Of a DNA stretch of 64,000 nt, positions 8,045 to 17,326 are shown in pieces. Source of the DNA: a virus (lineage: Duplodnaviria; Heunggongvirae; Uroviricota; Caudoviricetes). Under the pieces are notes generated by a model. The model did no database searches. It worked only from the letters and a program-made list of their open reading frames with translations, and was not told the DNA's origin. The DNA lies in the IMG/VR virus record IMGVR_UViG_3300036945_000242, positions 1-64,000 of that record, one strand, 5' to 3'. The position numbers and the translations under genes are program-made. Position 1 is the stretch's first letter. Every line of letters begins with the position of its first letter.

Positions 8045-9112
8045 TTACATTAAAACACGTTTAGACTTAGGCTTTTCAGGCGGTAGCTCAACCGCTAAAT
8101 CGTCTTCCAGTCTAATATCTTCTACAAACTGTAAGTCGTAGTGTTTCTTTTTCTTTTTCGGTCTATTGAAGAATGAGTCAATAAGGTCTTGAGATTCTTC
8201 AGGAATAGTTGGTACTTCTTCCTTCGGTTTCGGTTTAACAATTTCCTCAACAGTTTCTTCAGGCTCATTCACCACTTCAGGAATAGGAGCGGGAGTAACC
8301 TTTAAAGGCTCTTCCTTAACTACCGCTGGAGCTTCTGTCGGTGTAACGTTAGCTAAAGCTTCTTCTTTGGATACTCGTAATTGCCAATTCGCTGCCACTA
8401 ACATCAATACAGCTAAAGGGTCAAATACAAATACAATTAACAATATAACTATACGAACCGCTTTCTCTAATAAATTAGAGTCAGGGTTATCGCCATAGAT
8501 TAGAGCTGCGATGTATTTGATTGGTCCAACTTCGGCTTCGATTTTACGGTTTTCGGCAGCGAGGGGTGCTCTTTCTTTATTGAGTTCTTGGATCTTGGCG
8601 ATAGAGGCTTGGATTTGGTCGTTAAGAGTTTTTCGCTCTGCGGTTTGACTTCTTCTAAGGTTGGCGGATTTACTGGCTCCTGCGGTGTCCGTAGATCGGG
8701 CAAGCGTTTGATCAACTGCAGCATCCAATTGAGAAAGCGATTTACGAGATTCATCTATGATTTCCTTTTCTATTTTAATTTTGCTATCGACAAATTCGAT
8801 TTTAGCAATAACGTCCCCAGCGGGAACGGCTTGGTCTAAGTGAGCTTTGGACAGGTATCCAAAAATTCCCATAGAAGTTAAAAACATCAATACAATTAAT
8901 GCTGTTAAAAAATAAGACTTCATCAGAAAAGGAATCTTTTTCCAAGAACGATAAAGCCACGAAGCTACTACTAGCTTGGATACCTCAAGTAGAGAACCCA
9001 TAACTAGAATAGGTATAACGGCTGCAGCAAAGATAGCCGTCAATCCCATAATAGAATAGAAAGCTGCTACCGCAGATAATGCTAATGCTGTTGCGAAAAG
9101 TATATATGTCAT
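8045..9112 (-). CDS. membrane protein with coiled-coil and Pro/Glu-rich C-terminus
   Basis: N-terminal TM helices, central coiled coil, second hydrophobic block, acidic and K-rich tail. Confidence 0.4.
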   Translation of the reverse strand: MTYILFATALALSAVAAFYSIMGLTAIFAAAVIPILVMGSLLEVSKLVVASWLYRSWKKIPFLMKSYFLTALIVLMFLTSMGIFGYLSKAHLDQAVPAGDVIAKIEFVDSKIKIEKEIIDESRKSLSQLDAAVDQTLARSTDTAGASKSANLRRSQTAERKTLNDQIQASIAKIQELNKERAPLAAENRKIEAEVGPIKYIAALIYGDNPDSNLLEKAVRIVILLIVFVFDPLAVLMLVAANWQLRVSKEEALANVTPTEAPAVVKEEPLKVTPAPIPEVVNEPEETVEEIVKPKPKEEVPTIPEESQDLIDSFFNRPKKKKKHYDLQFVEDIRLEDDLAVELPPEKPKSKRVLM

Positions 9113-9534
9113 AATTTATTTTTAATATGTGAACCGTGTATTCTACACATGATGTTATTATTATAATAAGCATCACTTTCCAATACTCTATGAGCGAATT
9201 GTTCCCTTGCTTCCACGTAAGAACATTCGGATTTAGACTTACAAAAAAACAAAATCTCTCGAGTAAATTTATCTACACCGAGAGATTCTATATCTTTGGT
9301 TAGTTCTAAGGATGACCCGTAATAGGTCATCCAATCAGAATCAATTTTACTTTTAATCTTTTTCTTTTTCTTAGTTCCGTTTTTCAATGTAACAGTTTTA
9401 ACCGTTGTCTTGGAAAACTTCGCTAATTTCTTACCGATATACTTACGACCGCTAGTCGTATTTTCAATAAGGTAAACGAACCCCACACAATCGTCGGGTA
9501 ATTCGTTTACCTCAGTTCCTTGATAAAACCACAT
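9109..9534 (-). CDS. denA: GIY-YIG endonuclease, EndoII (DenA)-like
   Basis: GFVYLIEN...KYIGKK GIY-YIG core. 141 aa vs 136 aa for T4 EndoII. Adjacent to the nucleotide-metabolism genes as denA is in T4. Confidence 0.5.
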   Translation of the reverse strand: MWFYQGTEVNELPDDCVGFVYLIENTTSGRKYIGKKLAKFSKTTVKTVTLKNGTKKKKKIKSKIDSDWMTYYGSSLELTKDIESLGVDKFTREILFFCKSKSECSYVEAREQFAHRVLESDAYYNNNIMCRIHGSHIKNKL

Positions 9535-9565
9535 TTTAAATTTATAAAGAGTTGATACCCTCTAC

Positions 9566-9721
9566 TTATTCAGGTTTATCTAAGTCCTCTTCTTCCTCGT
9601 AGATATCAGCCGAACAAACGGGGCAGTAAACTATATCTTCAGTAGAAAGGTCATTATCCGATTTTACTGTAATCTTGCCATGAGATTGGCAAGATGAACA
9701 TTCAAAATATTTTGTAGCCAT
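9566..9721 (-). CDS. small Cys4 zinc-ribbon protein (not in ORF track, 51 aa)
   Basis: Hand-translated: MATKYFECSSCQSHGKITVKSDNDLSTEDIVYCPVCSADIYEEEEDLDKPE. Fills the gap between the EndoII-like and RNR genes. Confidence 0.35.
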   Translation of the reverse strand: MATKYFECSSCQSHGKITVKSDNDLSTEDIVYCPVCSADIYEEEEDLDKPE

Positions 9722-9732
9722 CTTGCTTCTCC

Positions 9733-11658
9733 TTATAAGGTTACTTCACAAGCACCGCCTGCGCAAGCTACTTGGTCGTTTAAATTGGTATTGTCTTCTA
9801 ACTCAAGAACTAAGTCTAAGTTAATATCGTGTAAATGGGTAAGCATTGATTCAAATACTTCTTTAGTACAGTCCTCAAACGGGGCTTGTACGTAAGTACC
9901 GTTATCATAAGGAAGTACAGAAATACCCGTATATGAATCACGGTTATCCCACATCCACTCACCCACAGTTTCCCACTCGGTATCTCTTACGGAAATTGTA
10001 CAAGATACGTTATGGTGGTTTGAACCTGAGCGATACCCGTTATGAACCCAATCAATATTAAAACGTTTAACCCTTTCTAATAGGCTTAAGGCTGGCTCGG
10101 TACGTAAAATTGAACCAATAGGAGCAGCTTGAGGGAAACTCATTACCGCTTCTAGATGAGGCTTAAATTTACAATCTTCAATAAGGCTTGGGAAATTGTC
10201 GTTCATATATTTGAAGAGCGGTTCGTTTTTACCGACACGCATTCTACGAATATAATAATCGTTATGCCAAGCATGGATACCTGAAGCTGAACCTACCGTC
10301 AAGGAAGAAGTACCAGAAGGCTTAATACAAGTAGTACGAACCGCTGGGTTGATACCGATTAAGGCTGCAACTCTAGCATTTTCTTCTTTAACAATTTCAG
10401 CAGCTTGAACTAAATCAAACGGTAATACCTTACCTGAACCAATACCCGTTAAACCAACACCAATCAAAGCGTCTTCTTCCGTATTTTCACGCCATTGTGG
10501 ACGTAAATAATGGAAGTTAGTATAACCCGCTTGTAAAGTACCTAAGAACGATGCAGCTTTAACTCTAGCATTTAAATCTTCTTGACTCTTAACGTCATCA
10601 ACGTTGGTTTCAGTCAAGTTACAAAACTGCATATTCTTAAGCGAAATTTCACAACAAGGGTTAGTACCAATATCGTAGTCGTTAGTCCAGAAGAATCCTG
10701 GCTCGCCAGAACCTGAATCTTTCACTCGTTGCCAAATATCTTTGAACTGGTCTTCGCTAACTACACCACGCTTTAATACTACTGAGTTATTGGCACGACC
10801 ACGTTGTGGGTTTAATTCCCACCAAGCACCCGATTTACAACCCAACATATCCATATCTTCAATACTGAATAAGGAGATTAAAGCCGCACGTCTAATACCG
10901 CCCGATAAAACAGCGTCCGCTACGTGACACATGATATCGTGGGCTTCTAGTGAACTCAACTTACGACCTACCGAATTATTCAATACCGCACGAATGTGGT
11001 CAAGACAAATACGCAACGGGTCAGGTCCAGGAGCTTTACCACCGCTGGTAATAAGGCGTGAACCTTTTTGTCGAATATCACGGAAGTCAAACTCAGGGTC
11101 AGATTTACCTTCAAAATAGGCACGTACCAAAATACGAACCGCATCAGCCCAACCCTCAATAGAATCGCCTACTAGGTAACGTCTAGAGCGTTTAATAGGT
11201 CCAACCACTAAAGGAAGCTTATCTACGTGAGGTTTCTGAACTGAAAAACCAACGCCTGAACCGCCTAGTAAAAGGAACATAGCTTCCCAAAAAGCCGCAG
11301 GATTATCTACCGCTACGTAAGCGCAGTTAAACATTCGGTTATTGGCTAACTCAATAGGGCGACCACCGAATTGCATAGAACGCATAGACGGTAATACTTT
11401 TTTAGTCTTAACGAAGTCGGTGTATAATTGTTTAATTTCTTTTTCTAGATGCGGGTATTTTAAAATATGCATACTAGCGTTACGGTCACACAAATCGTCC
11501 CAGTTTTCTCTACGGTTTAATTCTGGGATAAATTTAGCATACTTATTGAATACGGTAATATTAGATAAAATTCTTTGCGATACATCCATTTTTATTTTAG
11601 CTTTCTTGTTTGTTAATGTTGTTGATAATAGGAAATAACTTTGCGATAACCTTAGCAC
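9733..11658 (-). CDS. ribonucleotide reductase catalytic subunit, probably class II (adenosylcobalamin-dependent)
   Basis: Finger-loop motif TNPCCEISL, C-terminal redox Cys pair (ACAGGACE), about 620 aa with no ATP-cone. Likely start M24 near 11589. Confidence 0.65.
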   Translation of the reverse strand: MLRLSQSYFLLSTTLTNKKAKIKMDVSQRILSNITVFNKYAKFIPELNRRENWDDLCDRNASMHILKYPHLEKEIKQLYTDFVKTKKVLPSMRSMQFGGRPIELANNRMFNCAYVAVDNPAAFWEAMFLLLGGSGVGFSVQKPHVDKLPLVVGPIKRSRRYLVGDSIEGWADAVRILVRAYFEGKSDPEFDFRDIRQKGSRLITSGGKAPGPDPLRICLDHIRAVLNNSVGRKLSSLEAHDIMCHVADAVLSGGIRRAALISLFSIEDMDMLGCKSGAWWELNPQRGRANNSVVLKRGVVSEDQFKDIWQRVKDSGSGEPGFFWTNDYDIGTNPCCEISLKNMQFCNLTETNVDDVKSQEDLNARVKAASFLGTLQAGYTNFHYLRPQWRENTEEDALIGVGLTGIGSGKVLPFDLVQAAEIVKEENARVAALIGINPAVRTTCIKPSGTSSLTVGSASGIHAWHNDYYIRRMRVGKNEPLFKYMNDNFPSLIEDCKFKPHLEAVMSFPQAAPIGSILRTEPALSLLERVKRFNIDWVHNGYRSGSNHHNVSCTISVRDTEWETVGEWMWDNRDSYTGISVLPYDNGTYVQAPFEDCTKEVFESMLTHLHDINLDLVLELEDNTNLNDQVACAGGACEVTL

Positions 11659-12271
11659 ATACTAGGGCTACTTGGCGGTGTTCTTCTTGGGTACTTTCAT
11701 CGGTACGAACTTCACAGTAGTGAATCCATGAGCGGAGCGAACCTTTCATGTACATACGACTAGCCGTTAGACCTTCGGGGAGAATAGCCCTAGCTTGTTC
11801 TTTAGCGATACCTAAAGATAAGGCTTGGGAATAAACGTCTCTTACATTGGCAATTAACTTACGCTGTTCATCTTCCCACCAACGAATAAGTTCTTTATCA
11901 TCAGTAGGTAAACTCTTTTGGCGGTTAGTTGGGTCTTGTAAGCGAGTTTCACGAATAACAAATTCTAACTCTTTAACAGGGTCAGCGTATCGTTGGCTAA
12001 ACTCTTGGAACACAAAGCTTTTGTGTCTTATAGCTTGGCGAGCGATATCTCTGGTAGTATTGATTTCAAGCGTTAAATCCACCATTTCTAACGGGCTAAA
12101 GTGTTTATGTCTTAGTAAATAATTTACTAACTTATCAGCAGTCTCATGATTCATTTGGTTGCTGGGGTTACTTACCCTAGCGCAATAGGCGATAAGTTCA
12201 TGGGGAAGGGTTAAACCCTCAGCCACTAATTCCGCCGATGGGGTGGTATATGATATAAGTCTTACTTGCAT
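11597..12271 (-). CDS. thyX: flavin-dependent thymidylate synthase ThyX
   Basis: ThyX signature RHKSFVFQEFSQRY (RHR-X7-S...SQRY). 224 aa. Confidence 0.75.
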   Translation of the reverse strand: MQVRLISYTTPSAELVAEGLTLPHELIAYCARVSNPSNQMNHETADKLVNYLLRHKHFSPLEMVDLTLEINTTRDIARQAIRHKSFVFQEFSQRYADPVKELEFVIRETRLQDPTNRQKSLPTDDKELIRWWEDEQRKLIANVRDVYSQALSLGIAKEQARAILPEGLTASRMYMKGSLRSWIHYCEVRTDESTQEEHRQVALVCAKVIAKLFPIINNINKQES

Positions 12272-12287
12272 TAACTTTCCTTTTGGT

Positions 12288-13331
12288 TTAACATTTCCGC
12301 CAAGTGGCGAATTTCAATTTAGCTTCTATTCCTGTAAAGGTATTCGTATTTATAAGGTTTATAATCTCATCTGACGTATAACCTAATAATATTAAATCGT
12401 TAATATCCTTAGCATCAACGCTATCCGGAAACATACAAACTTTATAATCCGAGTCAATATATTTCTTTAACTGTTTTACAATATCCTTATTTCTAGGCTC
12501 ATTATCCATAACCAATGTACAATTAGCTTTTAAGCTCCTAATTATAGGGGTATCAAAACTAGCACCCGAAACCGCAATAGCGTTAGGTAAAAATAACGAA
12601 TCAATTGGTCCTTCAACTACATAAATTGGTTTAGCGTAGTTTACTATATCTAAACCGTAAATCTTTTCTTGTACGTCGTCAATCTTTACAGTAAGATACT
12701 TAGGCGTTTCATCCCCATACGCTCTACCCTGATAGGCGAATACCTTACCGTGATTATTATAAAAGGGAATAATCATCCTAGGGTGTTCAAATTGAATCGG
12801 CTCAGGAAAGGTTTTTTTACCCGTCGACCAATTTACATAAGCCTTAAACTTAGGCGCAAAATACAACCGACCCCAAGCACTCTTAGGTATTTTACGCTTC
12901 TCTACGTACTTAACCGCAGGGTGCGTTGGGGGTAGCTCCGCTATACATACTAAAGGGTCTAGTAAGTCATCGCTAAGTTCTACTTCAACAGGGGGAGTTT
13001 CTACCGTTGTGGGTTCGGTAGTTGGGGTGATGTGGAGTACGTTGCTTTTATACTTCTCAAAAACGTATTCCTTATACAAATAAGAATCTAAATGTTTGAT
13101 TAAGTTTCCAAGATTATTAACGTATCCGCAGTTGTGACATTTAACAAAAAGGTCGCCATTTGACTTATAGATAAAAGCCCTAGCTTTGGTTTTATTAGTA
13201 GAACTATCCCCGCAAATTGGGCAAGAAAAGTTCCACAAATAATCATTTTTTTGCTTAAAGTTTCTAAGCCTATTCGCTATCATACTAACGAATTTCAAAT
13301 CTATATGCATCATATAAAGCCTTAACCTCAA
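12288..13331 (-). CDS. 61: DNA primase gp61-like
   Basis: N-terminal zinc ribbon CPICGD...CHNCGY plus Toprim motif VVEGPIDSLFL. Likely real start MMHIDLKF near 13313 downstream of the promoter. Confidence 0.7.
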   Translation of the reverse strand: MRLRLYMMHIDLKFVSMIANRLRNFKQKNDYLWNFSCPICGDSSTNKTKARAFIYKSNGDLFVKCHNCGYVNNLGNLIKHLDSYLYKEYVFEKYKSNVLHITPTTEPTTVETPPVEVELSDDLLDPLVCIAELPPTHPAVKYVEKRKIPKSAWGRLYFAPKFKAYVNWSTGKKTFPEPIQFEHPRMIIPFYNNHGKVFAYQGRAYGDETPKYLTVKIDDVQEKIYGLDIVNYAKPIYVVEGPIDSLFLPNAIAVSGASFDTPIIRSLKANCTLVMDNEPRNKDIVKQLKKYIDSDYKVCMFPDSVDAKDINDLILLGYTSDEIINLINTNTFTGIEAKLKFATWRKC

Positions 13332-13362
13332 GTAGTTATAACACTTATTATAGCGTAAGGAT

Positions 13363-13380
13363 AGCTGTAAGTAAAGTATT
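13363..13380 (-). promoter_or_regulatory. Early promoter for primase (minus)
   Basis: Minus strand TTTACT-TACAGCTATCCTTACGC-TATAAT upstream of ATGATG. Confidence 0.5.
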
Positions 13381-13408
13381 ATATTTCGTAAAGATTAGGT
13401 AAAGTCGC

Positions 13409-13437
13409 TTGACTTACAAGGCGTACCTTAGTATAAT
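13409..13437 (+). promoter_or_regulatory. Consensus sigma70 promoter on plus strand (TTGACT-17-TATAAT)
   Basis: TTGACT at 13409-13414, 17-nt spacer, TATAAT at 13432-13437. Oriented against all neighbouring genes. Confidence 0.45.
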
Positions 13438-13444
13438 ACCTTTA

Positions 13445-13560
13445 GGTTCTGACTTAACGTTAGTTAAGGCACTGCGTAGCAGTATCTAAGTGAATGTATT
13501 AAACGTATGTATAACAAAACTAAGTCTGTGAGCCTTTGGCTCACCTGCCCGTAGGGCAGT
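13445..13560 (+). ncRNA. candidate structured small RNA / antisense transcript
   Basis: Downstream of the plus promoter. Conserved hairpins CTTAAC-gtta-GTTAAG, CTGC-gta-GCAG, GTGAGCC-ttt-GGCTCAC, CTGCCC-gta-GGGCAG. Duplicated at 48021-48140 with a loop substitution in hairpin 1. Confidence 0.25.
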
Positions 13561-13576
13561 AAGTAAGTGTATAGGG

Positions 13577-14050
13577 TTAGTTGAATAGCTTTGAGAAAGT
13601 GTTAAGGTTACTGAAAAGGAATAGTATAACTGCTACTCCGCCCAGAATATACCAACGCCAAACTTCCAATACGGTAACTCTAGCGTCTAGGGCTTTAAAG
13701 CTATCTTTGTTAGATTTTTCAATATTAAGTATATCGTTCTTAATTTCATTTTGTATTTCTTTGTGTTGCTCTCGAGAAGCTACTGAATTCTCAGCCATTT
13801 TAATTTCAATACCCATTTCCATATCATCTATTTTAGATAATATTTCTTTAGTCTGGGTAGCAATACGAGCATTGATATCTTTTACATCGTCAGTACGTAT
13901 ATCACTTTCTTTTACCAATTGAGTAATTTTAGCGTCATGTACTGCTAACAACTTTCCAATATCGTCGCTCACTTGGGATATCTTTTCCAGTGATTGGTCT
14001 AATTTATTAACTACGCTTTTTAATACTTCTACTTCTGTCTCGAGTGCCAT
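13577..14050 (-). CDS. coiled-coil protein with C-terminal TM anchor
   Basis: 157 aa, heptad-rich, C-terminal hydrophobic helix. Confidence 0.35.
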   Translation of the reverse strand: MALETEVEVLKSVVNKLDQSLEKISQVSDDIGKLLAVHDAKITQLVKESDIRTDDVKDINARIATQTKEILSKIDDMEMGIEIKMAENSVASREQHKEIQNEIKNDILNIEKSNKDSFKALDARVTVLEVWRWYILGGVAVILFLFSNLNTFSKLFN

Positions 14051-14063
14051 TGTATTTTCTCTC

Positions 14064-14657
14064 TTATTGTTCTTGTATTTCTTTTTGAGTTCTATACCAC
14101 TCCTGCCACTGCATAACCAAATCCCTTAACTCGTAGTAGGTTAAGTAATTTTGGGTTATAACGTCTAGGGCTTCACTTGCTTTAACATCGGAGGCGGTTT
14201 CAGCATCTGGGATGGTACTTGGGGGAATGATTGCTTGACTGGCACTGTCGTGGAGCACGACGAAAGAATTAGACAACTCGCAAGTAGCGTTGATAGCGTC
14301 AGTGTTTTTAACGACTGCTTTAGTAGTTTCATTTCGTTTTTCCTTAATGATTTGCTTTTGTATAACTATCTTTTCAACGATTTTAACGTTAGCTTCCTTA
14401 GAGGCTTCTTCCTTTTTAGCTACTACCGTTTCGGCTTCTTTGACTTTAGTTTCCCAACGGGTTTGGTTTTCTACCCCGCCCATTAAATAACAACAAGAAG
14501 CTATTACCGCAATACCCACTACTTCTAACCCTAGGTTTACAAGAGTGTAAGGGAATATGGCGAACGAAGGGAAAAATCTAGCGTATAAGAATAACGCTAA
14601 CCCGCTAACTGCTATAACGTATATACTCCAAACTGGTAAAAAATCTAATAGAAACAT
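14064..14657 (-). CDS. membrane protein (multi-TM N-terminus plus coiled coil)
   Basis: 197 aa. Two or three TM helices then a K/E-rich helix. Confidence 0.35.
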   Translation of the reverse strand: MFLLDFLPVWSIYVIAVSGLALFLYARFFPSFAIFPYTLVNLGLEVVGIAVIASCCYLMGGVENQTRWETKVKEAETVVAKKEEASKEANVKIVEKIVIQKQIIKEKRNETTKAVVKNTDAINATCELSNSFVVLHDSASQAIIPPSTIPDAETASDVKASEALDVITQNYLTYYELRDLVMQWQEWYRTQKEIQEQ

Positions 14658-14671
14658 TTTATATTATCCCT

Positions 14672-15229
14672 TTATTTTGTAGGCGGTGAGCCTACGATTA
14701 GTTTTGGAGCAGACCTACGAGCCAAGCTACGATATTTTTTAATATCTTTTTTACCAATCTTTGGTTCCAACACCGAAGCTCCGGATACGTTATTGGTTGG
14801 TGCTCCGCCAACCGCCCCTTCCCCTTCCTCAGAGAAGAAGTCAATTAACACTTTATACTCCGGATATGTTGTAATATCTTGTTCAGTTATCATAGACTGA
14901 AAATCTTGAAAATTACTTTCCATTAACGGTATAGCGGTATCGTCTGAGTTATTATACGCTTCACGTACCAATACCATTGCAGCAACCATATTACGTAACT
15001 TAGCGTCTTCGCCAGGAAGTTTATTTATAATACGCTTCATATTAAACACAAGACGCACTAGGTAGTTATAAGCGTCCTTTTCGGCTGGGGATCTTAACGT
15101 AGATGCTTTACGTAATACTTTACCCTTATCGTCCACGATTCCGTGTTTAAACGCATCCGATTCTCCGAAAGGCGTAACTAGAAGCTTTAAAATTCTTAAA
15201 GCAATAGCGTTATCTACTAATGCGCTCAT
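14672..15229 (-). CDS. hypothetical protein
   Basis: 185-aa ORF in a tight array. Confidence 0.35.
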   Translation of the reverse strand: MSALVDNAIALRILKLLVTPFGESDAFKHGIVDDKGKVLRKASTLRSPAEKDAYNYLVRLVFNMKRIINKLPGEDAKLRNMVAAMVLVREAYNNSDDTAIPLMESNFQDFQSMITEQDITTYPEYKVLIDFFSEEGEGAVGGAPTNNVSGASVLEPKIGKKDIKKYRSLARRSAPKLIVGSPPTK

Positions 15230-15603
15230 ATTTTTCTCAACCTATCTATAATGTTTTGGTCTAAAGGTATTTCTGAAGCTACTATTGAATAGTTCGGAAC
15301 CGTTTCGGGCATTCTTTCTAGGTAAGTTAAGAATGTAATTAACATTGGCCAATACTCTTCATCTATTTTGAAGAATAACATATTAGTGGCAGCTTCATTA
15401 AATAAATTATATATTATGATAATATGATTTAATATTAAACGTTCCTTCAATTCATTATCCCTAGAATACCTAGAGAGTAACTTCTTTAAATATAAAAATT
15501 TCTTTAAATCTTGGTCGAATTCCTCGACAGTTTGACATTGTGGGTTGTCGTAGTGCTTCATAGCATACAACATGAAATTGGAGTCGTTTAATCTTTCTTG
15601 CAT
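15226..15603 (-). CDS. hypothetical protein
   Basis: 125-aa ORF. Confidence 0.3.
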   Translation of the reverse strand: MQERLNDSNFMLYAMKHYDNPQCQTVEEFDQDLKKFLYLKKLLSRYSRDNELKERLILNHIIIIYNLFNEAATNMLFFKIDEEYWPMLITFLTYLERMPETVPNYSIVASEIPLDQNIIDRLRKI

Positions 15604-15641
15604 TATTTATTTATATGGGGCTTATTCAGCCCCATTTTTAA

Positions 15642-16208
15642 TTATGCTTCAGCGTCTGGTAATACAGCGTCGTCAGAACGGTCGCCAGTAGTTTCGGGAA
15701 CTAATGCGGTATTAGCCCCTTGCATAGCCACTAAACACTCGGCTTGGTGTTGAACTGAGCCGTCAGCGTTAGTCCAAGTTTTATATGACCACCATCCTGG
15801 ACACTTAATACCTTTAGCTCTAGTGGTAGAGATTGTAGCTTCCACCGAGTCCACAAAGTAGATATTAGCGGGGGAGTGTTGTAGGGTGTGAGCCACGCCT
15901 ACCCCAACCGCTGTAATATCAATAGCCGTACCCGCTAAAGCGTTAGCTTCAGAGGTGGCTAATTTGAGTACGAATGAATCAATACGGATAGCGTAGTAAA
16001 GCGTACCTGTAGTTAAACCAGCAATAGCCGTTCCACCACCTGCGCTGTAATATACTGGCATGCCAGTAGTATAACCGTGACCATCGGCGATAGTAATAGT
16101 ATTAGCCGTAACGCCTACAACTGCAGTTGAAGCTCCGCTAAAAATATTGATTCTTGTATTATTTTTTGGTGCTGATGCTAAAGCGTCAGTAATTCCCCAT
16201 AAACTCAT
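15642..16208 (-). CDS. hypothetical Gly/Ala/Thr-rich protein
   Basis: 188 aa, low-complexity beta-rich composition. Confidence 0.3.
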   Translation of the reverse strand: MSLWGITDALASAPKNNTRINIFSGASTAVVGVTANTITIADGHGYTTGMPVYYSAGGGTAIAGLTTGTLYYAIRIDSFVLKLATSEANALAGTAIDITAVGVGVAHTLQHSPANIYFVDSVEATISTTRAKGIKCPGWWSYKTWTNADGSVQHQAECLVAMQGANTALVPETTGDRSDDAVLPDAEA

Positions 16209-16228
16209 TCTAGTTTCCTCTTTTTTAA

Positions 16229-17326
16229 TTATTCGAATAATTGACCAGCTAACGCTAAGGCTACATTTTCTTCAATATACTCAGCGTCTTCGTCGGATAT
16301 ATATACTTCTCCGTCGATATAGGTAGCGATAACATCATCGCTAAATTCTTCAGACAAATATAATTCTTCTTGTTCGTCTACGCAAACAAAAACTGCTTGT
16401 CCACTTTCAATACTTTCCTGAATAGCTTGTTCGGCTAAAGATTGTAAGCTTTCTAAAATAAAGTAAGCTCTGCTTTCCGCTTCTTCATTAACCTTCTTTT
16501 CCATACGGTCTTCAGCTTTTTCTAGACCTCTTATTCTATTAGTAATCTTATCGGCAGTTTTTACGCTAACCTTACGAGTACGAGCTACGTCGCCTAATTT
16601 TTTATTTAAATCGACTTTAGCCTTACTTGAATAAGATTTAAGCGTATCATAGTTTAACTCATTAATGATTGCGCTTTTGTCTAATTGGAGACCGTCTTCC
16701 AACACCATTTCTCCGTCTACGTACGCTGCTATTGTATCTTCGTTGTATTCTTCGGAGATGTATATATTTTCATCATCATCCACACACAGGAAAAAAGCTA
16801 GGTCTTCAACCAAGCTTAACTCTGCAGCGTATTCTGCTAATTGTTTTAAATCCGTCATTTCTAATCCTTCGTTTTGTGATTTTGTTTTATCGCCCATATA
16901 TGCAGCGATCGCCATCTCAGCCCTCTTTTTACTAGATTTACCTTTAAATTGAGGGGCTGTAGATTTTTTGAAGTCTTTAACGTATTCGCCCGCCCCCATA
17001 GATGGGTCTAAGGTTTCGTCCATACGCTTTTTCTCTTGTCTTTGCGCTTTTCGTACAGCTGCTCGTTGCTTAGATATAACCGCTTTAGCGGTAGGACTCT
17101 TCTTTACAACAGGCATTTTATACAGATAGGGCGATCCAGGATCGCCTAAGTCCACCGTGGGTTTAACGCCTTGAAGCAGATTATTAGCGAACGTAATTCG
17201 GTTTGGGCGAATACGTCTAGTTCTAGTTTTTCCCGTAACCTTATCTACCCATTTTCTTATAGAAAATTCGGCGGCATATACGTCTTCTTTTATATTACTC
17301 ATTTTGTTAAAGCGGTAAGCATCCAT
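16229..17326 (-). CDS. acidic protein with internally duplicated domain
   Basis: Two copies of a motif like FFLCVDDDENIYISEEYNEDTIAAYVDGE / VFVCVDEQEELYLSEEFSDDVIATYIDGE. Confidence 0.35.
   Translation of the reverse strand: MDAYRFNKMSNIKEDVYAAEFSIRKWVDKVTGKTRTRRIRPNRITFANNLLQGVKPTVDLGDPGSPYLYKMPVVKKSPTAKAVISKQRAAVRKAQRQEKKRMDETLDPSMGAGEYVKDFKKSTAPQFKGKSSKKRAEMAIAAYMGDKTKSQNEGLEMTDLKQLAEYAAELSLVEDLAFFLCVDDDENIYISEEYNEDTIAAYVDGEMVLEDGLQLDKSAIINELNYDTLKSYSSKAKVDLNKKLGDVARTRKVSVKTADKITNRIRGLEKAEDRMEKKVNEEAESRAYFILESLQSLAEQAIQESIESGQAVFVCVDEQEELYLSEEFSDDVIATYIDGEVYISDEDAEYIEENVALALAGQLFE

Larger units (their letters stand above)
13340..13575. repeat. About 220-bp cassette, near-identical copy of 47935-48150 (divergent promoters plus four conserved hairpins)
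   Basis: Identical 54-mer tgtaagtaaagtattatatttcgtaaagattaggtaaagtcgcttgacttacaa and shared blocks tataatacctttaggtt, gacttaac-N4-gttaaggcactgcgtagcag, aaactaagtctgtgagcctttggctcacctgcccgtagggcagtaagt. Confidence 0.8.

Noticed and set aside
8500-8839. Overlapping ORFs on both strands inside the 355-aa membrane-protein gene
   Set aside because: Embedded in a longer ORF with coherent TM and coiled-coil architecture. Their composition reflects the alternate frame of a K/E-rich gene.
9733-11658. Intein or intron in RNR or DNA polymerase
   Set aside because: Both ORFs are uninterrupted and of normal length. No homing-endonuclease block or splice-like discontinuity seen.
13528-13560. Tandem hairpins as a canonical intrinsic terminator for the plus-strand transcript
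   Set aside because: No U-tract follows on the plus strand. On the minus strand a weak U-run (AGUUUUGUU) follows after 8 nt, so they may act chiefly as terminator for the convergent minus-strand gene.
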